Positions 40,126-54,480 are shown, counted from the first letter of the stretch. The stretch is DNA of 64,000 bases from Octopus vulgaris (GCA_951406725.2 OX597814.1:39742001-39806000), one strand, 5' to 3'. The notes: generated by a model not told the origin, from the letters alone. A program made the numbers and translations.

Positions 40126-41929
40126 CAAATGAATACATAACATGTTACTGTATGCAACATGTTGCAAATTTGCTACTTACGCAAGACTCCAGAAGTTCCA
40201 AAAACATCCGAGTTAAAATAATAATAATTAGGGTTATAATATATGACGAGGAGCGAAAAATAAACACTAAAAAAATTAAGATGGTATAAATATCATAATA
40301 AAAAATATTTCTGATGCTGAAGGAAAATTTCAATTAAAATTAAGATTTTCAGCGTGGGCAAACACTAAAGAAGAGATATATGTGGATTTATATATTTCTA
40401 TTGTTTTTTCTTCAACACAGAGTACTTCTTGCCGTCTAATTCTATCGTACTGAGCAATAGATCATAGCAGAACACATTGTTGACGTATCCATCTTAAGAG
40501 AGGAGAAATATCACATAACTACATAAGTATTTCTGACAGGGACACACGAGAATTTCAGAACAATCAAAGGTCATCTGGGACTGAGAAATTTGGTACGGTT
40601 TTGTGGAACGAATCTATGTTCCGGCCGACTAAAGAACAATGTGGATACACACACACACACACACACACACGTACACACACACACACATATATATATGTAT
40701 ATGTATATATATACATTGGTGAAACTTATGTTCTCTATAATTGATGTTGCGAGCATGTGACATTGAAATTAAAAATATTAAAGTGAATTACTCTCAATAA
40801 TTAATTCATATATATCAAAATATTGTTAGAGATAGAAACACCTACAACTTCATCAACTCGAAACTATATTAACTCAACCAAACCATAAAATGTTAAATAA
40901 TATACTTCTATTTATATTCATAATCCCCAAAATTTGCATATTACAGACTACACGCGTTTCATGAGGTTACGTATGGTATTGTTAAGACAAAAAGTCTCAT
41001 TCCAAAGCTCATTATGTATACGCACTCCCAAAAGTCAGGTCTACTTTGCCCACATTTATAAATATAACTATTCCTTATATATTACTATGCTTGTCAAAAT
41101 AAGTATAGAAGTATAAATAAGTAAATAAATATCTTCATAAACTTTATAAATTTAAAACAAAAATTTAAGGAATGAAAACGGATATGAAGTACGATAAAAA
41201 ATTATGAATGAGAAAATGAAAACATTTCGAATGAAAGAAATACGAATGAACAAAAATGTGAATAAGTCCGGATAAAAAACGACTAAAAAATATAAATAAA
41301 AGTATAAAAAAATTAATAAAGCAATATAAAAACGGATAACAAAATACGACTAAAAGATAGGAATGAAAAAAATGAAAAAAATATACGAATGAAAAACATG
41401 TGAATAAGTCCACATAAAATTACGACTAAAAAAAATGAATAAAAGTAGGAAAAATTTAAAAAGAAATATAAAAAAATAAAGATATAATGTAAATAGTAAT
41501 AACATTATGAACAAATCGTTTTTCAATTTACTCCCGCCAATACTAAAATATGTCTCCATCTTGTCAAAACCGTTCAATCTATTCTAAAAAATTCCGATTT
41601 TGAGTTGAATCTACTTTATATTAGAAGGTTCATAGAACGTATTTATATCTTAATGTACTTGCTGTGTATTAATGGTAAGTAATAAAACTACCCAATAATT
41701 CCCACAGTACAGTCAAGGGAACCGGAAATAAGTGCATTATGGGAATAGTCTATTTTACCTCCATTTCTTTTATTCTACCTACCTGTCTCACGATCGATCA
41801 TCGATATTCTAGTAGTAATGTCTATCCGAGGGTCCATTTCCCCCTGTAACCGTCTACTTAGAATAGTCTCTTCTTCAGTTTTCTATCGCCGTTGGCATTC
41901 ACTACTTTTCTTTGGGTAGTCAGAGATAA

Positions 41930-42385
41930 GTTTCATACACAATTTTATATTTGAAAGTTTTAAAATTTTCTTGAGATGTTCGTTTCTCTATACATTTGAA
42001 GAATACAGTAGTGTGTCTGCAATGAAAGGAATGTTTACATGTTCCAATACTTAGAGAGAAAAGAAAGAAAATAAATGTAAAATTGTTACAGAGAATTGTA
42101 GATATAAAAGTTTTAAAATTTACTGGAGATGATCTTTTGTCTGTCCGAACAGAGAAAACTGTAGTGTTCTTCGAATAAAACGATGTTTACTTTTCCAGGG
42201 ACAAAGGAAAAGATAGATATTCACAGAAGTTGTAGTTAAAGATTTTGAAGTTGATCGTTTATGTGTTCGAAAATTGTAGGTATGTATGTAAGCTTCTTAA
42301 ATTATTTTGAGGGAAATTCACAATACTCACAGGAAATTGTACACATTACAGTCTTTGAGAGTTATTTTTCAGTTGTCCTGCTGTG
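41930..42385. repeat. Copy of the degenerate repeat seen at 25706-27810
   Basis: Aligns by eye with 27340-27810. Confidence 0.75.
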
Positions 42386-42398
42386 TTGTATATTATTA

Positions 42399-42430
<32 letters not shown>

Positions 42431-42437
42431 GTTGTTG

Positions 42438-42469
<32 letters not shown>

Positions 42470-42559
42470 GGTGGTTTTGGTGTTGTAAGTAGGATTGGTT
42501 GGGTCTTCGTTATGGTCTAAAGTATTTCGTCCGATGCTGGGATTATGTGTATGTTGGGT

Positions 42560-43330
42560 GCCTGTGTATTGAGTATTGTTTCGGTGTATATTTTCATAGT
42601 AGAGAGAACGTTTTCTTCTATTAGAGACAGTTACAATATACTCTAATTTGGGCGGTGAACAGAAGGATAGCTTTCAAATAGATCTTTTTAATATAGAGTA
42701 ATATTTTTGTTGACCAGGAAAGTTGGAGTCTAATATATTAAATGGGGATTTGACTATGTTCTTAACATTTAATGAGAAGAGAGGTGTATATCACAGAATT
42801 GACCGTCCGGCGCTTTTTTTTTGCATGGGAATTGTACAATCTATATTTTTAATTATTAGAGGGCGGTTATAAGGTCCGTTATTGTTGGCAGTTTTCATAT
42901 TGACCTACTTTTGTATATGCGTGTGTGGGGGGCAGTTCTCATCTGTCTTAATCTGCGTTTTCTCAGGATTCTAGTATATTGCACATATATTCTATTATAA
43001 TTATGTTGGTTAGCGTGTCCTGGTGATATGATTTGAGATATATGTTCTTTGAGCATAGTATTAGAGATGTATTTTATTTTTTGGGAGAAGCCACTGGCTG
43101 TGAGCGCTTGGTTGTGATATGGGACGTGGCTATTGAATATTTCTTCAGTGGCTGAAAGGTCAGATATACGAAATAACTTTAAGTATATTATGGATGATTG
43201 CTTTGCTTAAATACTTAAGATACTGGTTGAGTTTATGATACAGTGAGTATTGGGAAGTTTCTAAGTTTAAAGTAACGTCTAAAAAAATAGCGGTTTTAAA
43301 GAGTTTTCAAAAGTAATAAATTGAATGTAG
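42560..43330 (-). mobile_element. Decayed Penelope-like element (RT C-terminus and linker)
   Basis: Minus strand FLDVTLNLETSQYSLYHKLNQYLKYL..SNHP matches the PLE motif FLDVTLNL...Y.PY.KPN...SNHP. Confidence 0.7.
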
Positions 43331-43484
43331 AGAAGAACTTGTGTAGAACCTAACTAATTTGTTCATAAGCGAATTTATTAACGCCCTTGGGGACTAGCAA
43401 AGCGCCATCTCTGTACAAACCTCTCTAGTGCTATAGGGGTTTGGCCCAGGAATCTCTCTCTCTCTCTCTCTGCATATATATATA

Positions 43485-43826
43485 CTAGCAGTATCGCCCG
43501 GCGTTGCTCGGGTTTGTAAGAGAAATAACTATGTAAGTATTTTTAGAGATGTAAAGTATAATAGCCATCTCAACATGGCTAACCACAAAGGGGGGGGGTC
43601 TTTTTACGTTCTGAGATTTAATAATACATTTTTAGAGTTACTTCCCTTATATATGCCAAAAATGCATTAAAAATGGGAAAATTGATGGTAAATTATTTTT
43701 AAAATCGTAGACTCATCGAAGACGCGCGCTAATACCAAGAACGGCTCGATATGAATCACTACTATAAGATACCCGGTTTTGGTTAAACTGCACCACAAAA
43801 TGTGGGAATAGTTAGGAATCTAAATC
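43485..43826 (-). mobile_element. Non-autonomous Helitron-like element, 5' truncated
   Basis: Minus-strand 3' end cccgagcaacgccggg hairpin followed by cgatactgCTAG|T; shares both terminal regions with 43867-44378. Confidence 0.75.
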
Positions 43827-43866
43827 TATCTATCTATATATATATATATTCAATATATATATTGAA

Positions 43867-44378
43867 CTAGCAGTATCGCCCGGCGTTGCTCGGGTTTGTA
43901 AGGCAAATAACTATATAAGCATTTTTAGAGAGTTACTTCCCTTATAGATGCCATTTCGGACTTTCTTAGCCATTTCTGTTTTGATGTCTTCAAGCCATGA
44001 AGTCGTCGTTCTAAAAGAACGCTGGTCTCCTTGACAACGCTTTACGACGTTGATTTCCTTACACTCCCTTCCTCACAGCTTCACGAGGAGGGAAGAAGGG
44101 GGAGAAGCAAACAGGTGCAGGTGTGACCATGGACGCCAACTACGCCGCCATCGACACACGAAAAATTAGGCATTAAAATGGAATAAAAAATGATGTTAAA
44201 TTATTTTTAAAATAGTAGACTCATCGTAGACGCATGATAATACTCAGACGGGCTCGATATGAATCACGACTATAAGGTACGCGAATTTGGTTAAACTGCA
44301 CCGCAAAATGTGGGAGTAGTTAGGAATTTAAATCGAAGGGGACAGACACTCACACAACTACAGTTTTATATATATAGA
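43867..44378 (-). mobile_element. Non-autonomous Helitron-like element, apparently full length
   Basis: Minus strand begins A|TCtatatatataaaac and ends with a GC hairpin plus CTAG|T. Confidence 0.8.
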
Positions 44379-44409
44379 TATATATATATTCAATATGTGA
44401 CCTCATGAG

Positions 44410-44600
44410 TACCGCTGGCGATTATTTTCCTCTGTCTTCCCTTCTCGGGATCATTCCTTCTCCTTTGTTTCCGACGAAGAGCTCCGCTCGAAACGCTAAA
44501 CCCTCCTTCTTCCCTTCTTTCCTGAGCGTCCAATAATACTTTATTTGTTTCACGTCCTCGCGTTGTTGTTTTTTTTTTTTTGTGTTTTCTTTTTTGGTTT
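44410..44600 (+). mobile_element. Family F3 HHR-bearing repeat; motif at 44467-44501 with U16.1 changed to C
   Basis: GTTT-CCGACGA-a-GAGC tcc GCTC-GAAA-CG-CT-AAAC. Confidence 0.7.
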
Positions 44601-44601
44601 A

Positions 44602-44680
<79 letters not shown>

Positions 44681-45718
44681 ATGTATGTATCTATCTATCT
44701 ACCCATAAAACTATCTATGTATCTATATGTATGTCCGTCTCTCTCTCTCTATCTATCTATATACTTATCTATGTATGTGTATGTATATGTGCGTGCGTGT
44801 ATGTGTGAGAATGTGTGTGCGTATGTGTGTTTGTATGTGCATGTGCATAAAAATGTCTATAGCTGTGCCTGGATTTAAACTAAATGTAGATATATACCTT
44901 GGGTGTATTTTACGATTTCGTCAAATGCGGACCTCTATTAAAAAATAAATAAACAGATATGACGCTTGAATAATACTAGCAATTAATATGTTTGGCTATA
45001 TTATTGGAAAATCCGTCCTACTGTGAGCGCAATCGAGAGAAATCAGTAAAAATATTAACATAATTTATACGTGAACGCAGAAAATCCTTTTGCTTTCATA
45101 TTATTCAACATATTCGTTTAAATGATTTAAAAAAAATAACTAATCGGCTGAAATATAATTAGTCTTCTAATGATATAATATTAGTTAAATCATTTCTTCA
45201 ATTTACGTTTATCACATCTCAGATATAACATAATTTGCTCATTTAAAGCACTTTCAAATGCTAGATATTTATAATTATAAAACACACGGATATACGTGAT
45301 CAATAAATTCATTTCAAAGATAATTTTCAATTTGTTTCAAATATGAATGAAAGCGTATGTCTCAAATATTATGATACGCTTCAAAGAGATTATATTTCGT
45401 GCATGAAAAGTAATACATTGTGATAAAGAAACCTGTAATTATTCTAATTTTATGAAACCCATAATTCAATGTAAATGCAAAGAGTTGTTAGTACTCGAAT
45501 TTTTGGGTAATAACCACATTGATACATGAGAATAATGCGGTTTCAGAATACTAGATAACAGGATAAATATGCATCAAGTTAATAGATATGCATACTCGCA
45601 CGTACACGGAAGCAAACGCACCTAGTTTTATCCATAAATACAGATATATATATATATATGTGCGTGTGTGTGTGCGTGCGTGTGTATGCACACACACACA
45701 CCCAATCAAACACACACA

Positions 45719-45830
<112 letters not shown>

Positions 45831-45961
45831 CACTATCACACATGCACACAGGTATATACATATACAGAAATATATGCCTGTGCGCTTGTGGGGGGGTGTC
45901 TATATACAGCTATATATTTTTACACACTCAGACACACGCGCGCATATATATAATACATATA

Positions 45962-46002
<41 letters not shown>

Positions 46003-47099
46003 CGACAACGCGTTTCAAAGAGGAATCTTTGAAGCTCACCACGGTTCAGTCCAGTCTTCTCAAACTGAGCAGATGTGAACGTTTGTCTATGGCGGTGATA
46101 AAATGTGTACTGTGATAAAAGTGAAACTGTTCTTTAAATAATGATGTGCGAAGTTTGAAATCTGCTCGGTGTTAAAGCTCTGAAAACTGTTTGACTGCGC
46201 AGTTCCTAATAGCACTCCGCATTCAGAGGGTGAATTTGTTATCTATGTAATATCTGGTATCAAGTAACCAATATGGGACTGATATATGTATACAGTGCCA
46301 ATGGTACAAGCTGAGAAAATATGTTCAAAATGCCTTCACCTTCTGCTGGCTGAAAAAAATGCACACATAAATAAATGCGTGTATGTGTTAGTGTATATAT
46401 ATATGTGTTACCAGTGCGAGGAACAAACAAGGATCCTACTGCATGAACTGAAAAAATAACGACTACACTACACGAAAGTGTCAGATTCATGACACTCATC
46501 CAACAAGAATATTGCCGAAGAAACACACTGAAGTGGACGAAATAGCAACAACAACGATCTCGGTATTGTAAGAATCAAGACTGATACCTAAACAATATCG
46601 ACGGGATTGTTATATTGGAATGTAGACTACAAGAGGACTTCTACGCCAGTGCAGCAAAATAATAATACCTACCACCACCACCACCACTAATAGCAACGAT
46701 TACAACTGTGTCTGAGATTCTAAAAGAAAAAAGGAAATTGCTTTCAAAAATCATTCTTCAAAGAAAATATTCTTGAAAATAAGATGGAGATTAGGACAAT
46801 AGAGCAACAACAACAACAACAGCAATACAAACATACGAAACCGAAACAGCAATAATAACAATGTTAATGACAACAACAATAGGGACAATAACCACAACGT
46901 CCTCCACACTAACAACTGTAACAACAGAAGAAGCATTCGAAACCAAAACAACAACAACAAAAACATTCGAAACCAAAACAAAAACAACAGAAACATACGA
47001 AACCAAGACAACAACAACAACAATAGCAATGTTAGTAACAATAACCACATCCATCACAGTAGTTGCAACTACCATAGAGTAGTTGCAACTACTGTGATG

Positions 47100-48650
47100 G
47101 ATTGTTGTATTGTGTGTAGTATGGATATGGTTGCATTCTACCCATCTATAGATATAGATTTTCTGGAAACATTGTCTGTGAGAGTGACGTAGAGTTCCGC
47201 GAAGTCATCATGCAGGAACTTGACCTCCTCCTTGCACTAAGCTATGGCTTTAACTATCTAGACAACCATCACCTTAACAGATAGCAGTATTGTGATAAAG
47301 AAAAGAGTGTTCATAGCTTCTCAATATGCTATTAACAGGAACTCAACTTTGTCAACATACCGATAGCAGAAAACAACATACTGATAGCAGACTTGGGATA
47401 ATGAATAACGTGCACCCACTCCATGCGAATCCTATGAAACAACGAAACATCTACAGAATTCCATGCACCGTATGAATTCTCTGGATATGACGAGAAAGAT
47501 AGGATTCGTGTAGACAGGAGAGCTAGAAGGAAGTTAGATAAAATTATATGTAATGAAGCCAGAAGTACCCACCTTAAATACAGGGACAAAACAGGAATAG
47601 TATTCAGAGAGTTTGTTACAAAGGAGACAATGTAAACACGTTGTACAGGGCTAACAAATATCAAGGAATGTTTTTGAAGAGGCCACATCCCATGGGAAAC
47701 TAGCCCGTAGATGTAGGGAAGCTCTGAAGGAGAACAAAGCCAGTAGGACGTACCCTTCGAAAATATTGCATGCACTAATGAAAACTGCGTGGTAAGATTA
47801 CCCCTGGCATTAATTGTAGAATTAAAATGTAGTCTACAACATAAAGTGCATAGAGGGGGCTTGCAAAGATCACAGCGTACATTGTAGAAACATCTAGAAG
47901 TATAGCGGAGTGATTAAATGACACTTGAGGCAATATGATGACACAAGTCAGTTCTTCATATTCTACTAACATATCAAAGACCAACATGGTTAAATGTTGT
48001 ATATAGAATAAAATGTAATAAATGCAACAATATATGTGTGTGTAGCACAATAAGACCGTTACACATCCGCATCAAAGAACATCTGAACACGAGAGCCTCC
48101 TCCTTCAGAAAACATCTAGACATTTGCCAGGACACCGAAAAAAGCATAACAGTCACAATTGAAGTCATTGAAAGAAATTTGGGTAATTTAAGAATTAAAT
48201 AAGCAATACTAATACACAGACTAGGGCCCGAAATTAACAACAGCCTGGAGGCTTGTAATCAATATGTTATTTCGCTACACCTGGATGCGTGTAGGTTCAT
48301 TTGTGATAACATGCTCACATATTGTTTATAAAAACAAATAAAAAAAGAAAATAAAATAAAAGAGAAAATGAAGAGCAAAAAGGAAGCTGCGCGTATAATA
48401 CATAACTTAGAAGCAGCGCTACGGATGTACTAGCACACACGAGATTGAGACATAGCCGACCTCACGCACTTCTCATGAGGAATTCCAGAAGGAGCTTCGT
48501 GAGACTACTGCTAAGACGCTTCCAAAACAATAAAAAGAAAAGCCGTTGGAAAACCGATTGTAGCAGTGACTCCATCTAAAAATATCTGAAGAAGGAATTT
48601 TATTCCGAAATATCAGACTGAATTGCAACAGGTTTATAGCCCAATGTTTG
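47100..48650 (+). mobile_element. Decayed Penelope-like element (RT, GIY-YIG, terminal HHR)
   Basis: RT motif MDMVAFYPSID (~47120). Endonuclease VVYRIKCNKCNN..STIRPLHIRIKEHL..SSFRKHL..AILIHRLGPEIN (~47995-48240). HHR at 48582-48618. Confidence 0.85.
48582..48618 (+). ncRNA. Minimal hammerhead motif (family F9), stem I eroded
   Basis: CTGAAGA-a-GGAAT ttt ATTCC-GAAA-TA-TC at the 3' end of a PLE remnant. Confidence 0.6.
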
Positions 48651-48705
48651 TATTATAGTGTATGGTAGTACCATTCAAAACATTTGATCTCTCTCTCTCT
48701 TTCTC

Positions 48706-48829
<124 letters not shown>

Positions 48830-49100
48830 GATATGTATATATATATGTATATATATATATAGATAGATATAGATAGATAGAGAGATAGATAGATTCAAAT
48901 GATATATTTCATTGTTTATGATAGACTTTTAGATATAGGTCCACCACTGTTATCAGCAGCATGCATACCATTATTTCACAGGCACACTAATACATAACTC
49001 ACAGCAGTTTATTTAAACAGAATAAACCGTGTAATCTTAATAATTAAAAGTTTGTAGTAAGCTTTTCTCTTTTTAACAAATAAGTAGTTAACTAATACAA

Positions 49101-49377
49101 TTGCAGCGTGGAAGGTGCTTATAAGCCATTTAAGAAACACACAAAACCGTTAGATTCACTTCAACATTTAAATTTAATTTGCCAAAATATTTTCGTCGCT
49201 TTGAGACCGAGACCTGTTCACTGAGAAAATTTCGTGCTGCATCTCAAATTTTGTCAGTGAACAGGTCGCGGTCCGAAAGCGACGAAAATATTTTCGCAAA
49301 TTAAATTTAAATGTTGAAGTGAATCTAACGGTTTTGTGTGTTTCTTAAATGGCTTATAAACACCTTCTTCGCTGCAA
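49101..49377. mobile_element. Near-perfect 277-bp palindrome (arms 49101-49232 and 49246-49377), each arm with a variant HHR (family F10)
   Basis: Arms are reverse complements with few mismatches and a 13-bp spacer. tttgtca-GTGAACA-g-GTCGC ggtccgaaa GCGAC-GAAA-ATAT-TT-tcgcaaa at 49250-49300. Confidence 0.75.
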
Positions 49378-49652
49378 AGCTTTCGTTCCAACACACGATC
49401 TCAGATCAAGTCACTCACTATGCAAGTACATCTCCGTAATATTTGACAAATATTTAAGAGAAACATGTATATGCTTTTTGCTATCGATATTTATCCGCTA
49501 AAACATAATATATTGTTGCTCTCAACATAAAGGTTTACATTTCCAGAAAGCATATATTTTAAAGATTAATTATATATGGAAAATATTGAATTAAGTAGTA
49601 CTGTCTATTGGAAGTGAGAAATATGTTATATATTTATCACTTTTAGATGCGG

Positions 49653-50196
49653 CAAAGTGAAATGAGGAGAATATCTCATGTAAATTTCACTATTCTGCCA
49701 GATATCTTAATGCATATCTTAGATCTTCACTGTAGCAGTCTATTTCATCGTAAACATTATGAATCCTCAAAGATTTTATCAGTTTCATATGGGTGAAGTG
49801 TATATAATATAGACTTCACCCAGATTTTCAGTTTCTGTAAACATGCTATATTTTATTCATATCATATTTCTTGGGGTTATTGTTTATATTTATTCACAGC
49901 TTCACTGACAGCTGCGCGGCTTCAACCAAAGTCTTCTATTTTCAGACATATTAGAAATTAGATTCAGTCGGTAGCCAATCAATTATTAAATCCTTTCACT
50001 TCCATAATATATGATCGCATCTATAAAATATACTTTTCGCCGGTTTATTGCGTTAGAGATATTTAATTCATGTACTTATCTTGAAAACTAGATTTGTTAA
50101 ATTTACAAAACATGTAAGAAAATCATCTGAGTGTGTATCATATCTGGAAGACAAATTAGTAGCGATATAGGAACTACGAAGTAATGATGATATACC

Positions 50197-50260
<64 letters not shown>

Positions 50261-50278
50261 CACACATATATATATATA

Positions 50279-50319
<41 letters not shown>

Positions 50320-50323
50320 GTCC

Positions 50324-50359
<36 letters not shown>

Positions 50360-51573
50360 ATGTATGTATATATATATGAATTCCATGAAAAATTCCTTCA
50401 TAAGCAGAGCAATAATGAAATAACATTTTGTCATTTCATTCAAGTCTTGTATGGGAAAGAAAATATATATTTAATACAACAACAAATGATGGTTTTATTA
50501 CAGGAGATTTTTCTTGCCAATGTGCACTTATTGTCCCTGAAACGGTTCAATGGGATGATCGTGTTATGTAGCCGAAATGCGACAAAGCATCTGCATATCA
50601 TTACGTGTTTAAATTAAAATTTTCTGGGGTGACACTTTGACAGATCGATTATAGCATAATTGCGGGAACGGACTTAGATTTAGAATAAGTAGCTGCTTAG
50701 AATAAGAATTGCAAGCTTAAGCAATAAGTAAGTCAAAAAGATTTTATGTCGCACGTTCAGATGCCCTCTACTCTACTGAACTGTTCTCTACTTCACTACT
50801 CAACTCTGCTCGACTCTTGACTCTCTACTACTGTGCACTCATCGCTACTCAACTATTCTCTTGACGTATAGGCTACTCCCTCTGTATCTACGTATTGAGC
50901 TAGCCTACTTCATCGTCTGTGGCGTCCACACAACAAAAGATGAATGCTTATCGCTAAGATCTAGAAAGAATACACAACAAACCAATGATTACATTTATTT
51001 CGGTGTTCTTTGTGTGTACATCTGACTACTTGTAGCGAGGGTTTATATGACGTTATATTCCTCCATAGATTTAGTAACATAGTGTTGTTCAGCATGTTAG
51101 CATTGTTTTTCATAAGCAGTGCGTTGCATGGTTCATTATTTTTCATATGCTTTTTTTTTTATTTCACGTGACGCAAATGGATTTTATAATATCAATACAA
51201 TCTCTGATGATATTTAAAATTCTTTAACCGAATCAATTTGTCATCGCTTCGAAGTGATTTGCCAAATAACCTGTCTACGTTTGATGGTCTCTAAAAAAGC
51301 CAGTAAAGTAATTTATCGTGATCAGTGTCATAATCAACTGTTTTTATTCAGAAGCGTTTGTTATGCACACAATGTAATCTACAGATTTCGACGTTGAGAA
51401 AAAATTTTACTAATTACCAATCCATTTGTAATCCCATATGAAACTGATAAAATCTTTGAGGATTCATAATGTTTACGATGAAATAGACTGCTACAGTGAA
51501 GATCTAAGATATGCATTAAGATATCTGGCAGAATAGTGAAATTTACATGAGATATTCTCCTCATTTCACTTTG
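49653..51573. repeat. 141-bp inverted duplication (49653-49793 / 51433-51573)
   Basis: No mismatch found by eye between the arms; about 1.64 kb spacer. Confidence 0.92.
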
Positions 51574-52299
51574 AAGATGTGTACGACAATCACCCTTCAT
51601 GCTGTCAGTTTAACATGTGGTGTTGCACACTGCGATAATATGCAACCAGATTATAAATGCAAGATTAAATACTGAAAGCCAAGTTGCTAATGTATTCGTG
51701 AGAGTTAGAGTAGCAAGATTCTGATGTTTATAATGATGCAATTAATATAAATATTCTCTAAGTTGCGCCAATCTGCAATTTGGTATTAAAAATTGACATA
51801 CCAGAATTTGATATAATAAAGCTAAAAGTGAAAAAAGGTTTTACAAATGTTTGTAAGGTATAAAATAAGACTACATAAATATAAAAAATGTAATAACAGA
51901 TCTTAAATGGACATATTTTGTACTTAGAGGAGGAGCGAAATAAAGAAACTACTAAGAGGAAATTGATAAAAAAATTATCACCATATATGAAAGGAATCGG
52001 TTTATCAAATATGTAGATGCATAATGCAGTAATTAGTAGAGTGTAAATTTTCTGGGTTATAACATTGATTATTTCCTAGGTTCCCTCTGTGTCCCATATG
52101 TAACCCTCACACGGTGGTTACATAACGCCCAGCGATCCAATCCAAGACATGGGATTAAATATAAATATAAGTAATAATACTAATCATAATACCCAGAGCA
52201 GCGGAGACGTAATCTTTGATAATAATTCTATGAATTTTAACTATACTCTGAATGATGATTCTATAATTATTAATAATATGATGAGAAAAATGATTTAAT

Positions 52300-52700
52300 A
52301 ATAAGGGCAATTGCCACTGTAGGTGAAAAAACATTGACCGCTACTAGGTCGATGTTTAGCAAATAACATATATAACATGTACAGTTATGACAGAAAGTAA
52401 AAATTCAACTTATACCAGGTGCTCTGTAAATATGGAAAAAGAAAAGTTTGAAAACCACCTTTCATACTTTAGGCAAAGACATAAATCTAGCAGTGCATCA
52501 TTATCTATGGCAATCTGTGAACCCAAGGATAATAATAATAATTTCAATGTAAAGTGGGATGTAGTACGTAGAGCTCAACCACACACAAATAGCCGATATG
52601 AGAGTGGACTACGCTGTATGGAGATATACGAAATATTCAAATATAGAGTTAAAAACAACCTGCTCTCTCTTTGAGGACATAAGTTACTCACTGTGCCCTA
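52300..52700 (+). mobile_element. Penelope-like GIY-YIG endonuclease remnant
   Basis: NCHCR...CTVMTE..KFENHLSYF..SASLS..FNVKWDVVRRAQPH..MEIYEI. Confidence 0.75.
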
Positions 52701-53855
52701 TCATACAGAGTTTACTCTCTGTAATATTGCCTGTTTAGTAATGTGTTCTAGTGAATCTTAGCACCTTTGATCCTTTATGCATAACTATCTTCTTAAAATA
52801 ACTAGCCATGTTGTATATATACCTTGCCCTCAAGGCACTTCATTTACACATTACACGTTGTAACTCCTATGTCTAAATTGTGATTCTCCATATAGTTTAT
52901 CTCTTATACTTACATAGTATATTGAGTTTATAACACCATTGATTAAACGTCAAAACGCTGTATAGCAATTACTGTAACACCATCCCGCTAAAATTAGCAC
53001 TACTCTATTAAATTATTGTTAATTCTTAATTTGATATTTGCATTTCTCTTCCTAAATTTATCTCTCCTCCTATACAGTTTGTCATTTTTTTAATCAGTGT
53101 AACACATCCTAAATTTTTGACACTTTTTTTGACACTCTTTAAATACCAGATTTTGAATATTCTTTTTTAACATATCGGCATTCAGATTTCTGGTTACTTT
53201 TAAAAATTAATACTTATATGATCAATGATATCTAGTACACCTTTAGTAAAGCATGCTTATGGCAATCTCTCGTAATTTGACATTTGAGCTGGAATGATTA
53301 TTCTAGGAAATAATTATTTATAATTCAAAATATCATAACTCAAAAAATTTACACCCTGTTAATTATGACAGCATGTATCTACCCATTTCCTAAACCAATT
53401 CATTTCATATATGGTGATAATTTTTTTCATCTTTAATACTACCGATTTTCATTGTACAAAATGTATCCATCTAAGATATATTATTACAGTTTTACCTTTA
53501 TGTATTTTTCTTGAATACCTTACAAATATTTGTGAAACATTTTTCAGTTTCAGGTTTATTTATATTAAATTCTGGTATATTTATTTTTATCTCTATTTCT
53601 TTATTCAAAATAGAGATTTTGCTATAATAGATTCCTAATGAAATACACCTTTAAAATTGCCTATTCATTTTTAATATTTTTCATATTATCTTATATATCT
53701 TCGTTTATGATAAAGATCTTGTTATAATTTTTCTATACATATATACGTTATTATAATATATATATTTTCATATTAATTTTATATTTTTATATTTTTATGT
53801 ATATTTCTTATATCTTTATATTTATTTATTTTTCATTTTTATAGTTTTGATATTG

Positions 53856-54178
53856 TATTTCGGGATGGTCATTTTATATATTATCATTATTTATATATCA
53901 TTATCATTTTTTTCGTGCTAAACGAACACACGCACTATCTATATATGTTTTCCCACTCGTTTATTACTGTAATTTTATTATTTTCGCGCTTGTGCATTGT
54001 CCGGGAAACTCTCGTAACACATTTGTGACCTCTTCAGCGACACTTTTCGTTTACCAGTATGGCCTTCCTCCACTTATCCATTCTTTGATTTCCGGACAAT
54101 GGACATGCGTTAAAATAATAAAATAACAGTAATAAACGAGTGGAAAAACATATATAGTGTGTGTGTGCTTACTTGGCA

Positions 54179-54277
<99 letters not shown>

Positions 54278-54281
54278 AATG

Positions 54282-54352
<71 letters not shown>

Positions 54353-54353
54353 A

Positions 54354-54405
<52 letters not shown>

Positions 54406-54430
54406 TAATTATTATAATAATGATAATTAT

Positions 54431-54480
<50 letters not shown>

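Noticed and set aside
46020-46300. Possible mariner N-terminal relic
   Set aside because: Similarity too weak to support by eye.
46751-47082. Thr-rich mucin-like exon (FETKTTTT repeats)
   Set aside because: Explained by a degenerate (AAC)n-derived minisatellite beside a PLE remnant; no clear splice signals.
51200-51246. CTGATGA...GAAT-CAATTTG-TC
   Set aside because: No stem I complementarity and GAAA is broken.
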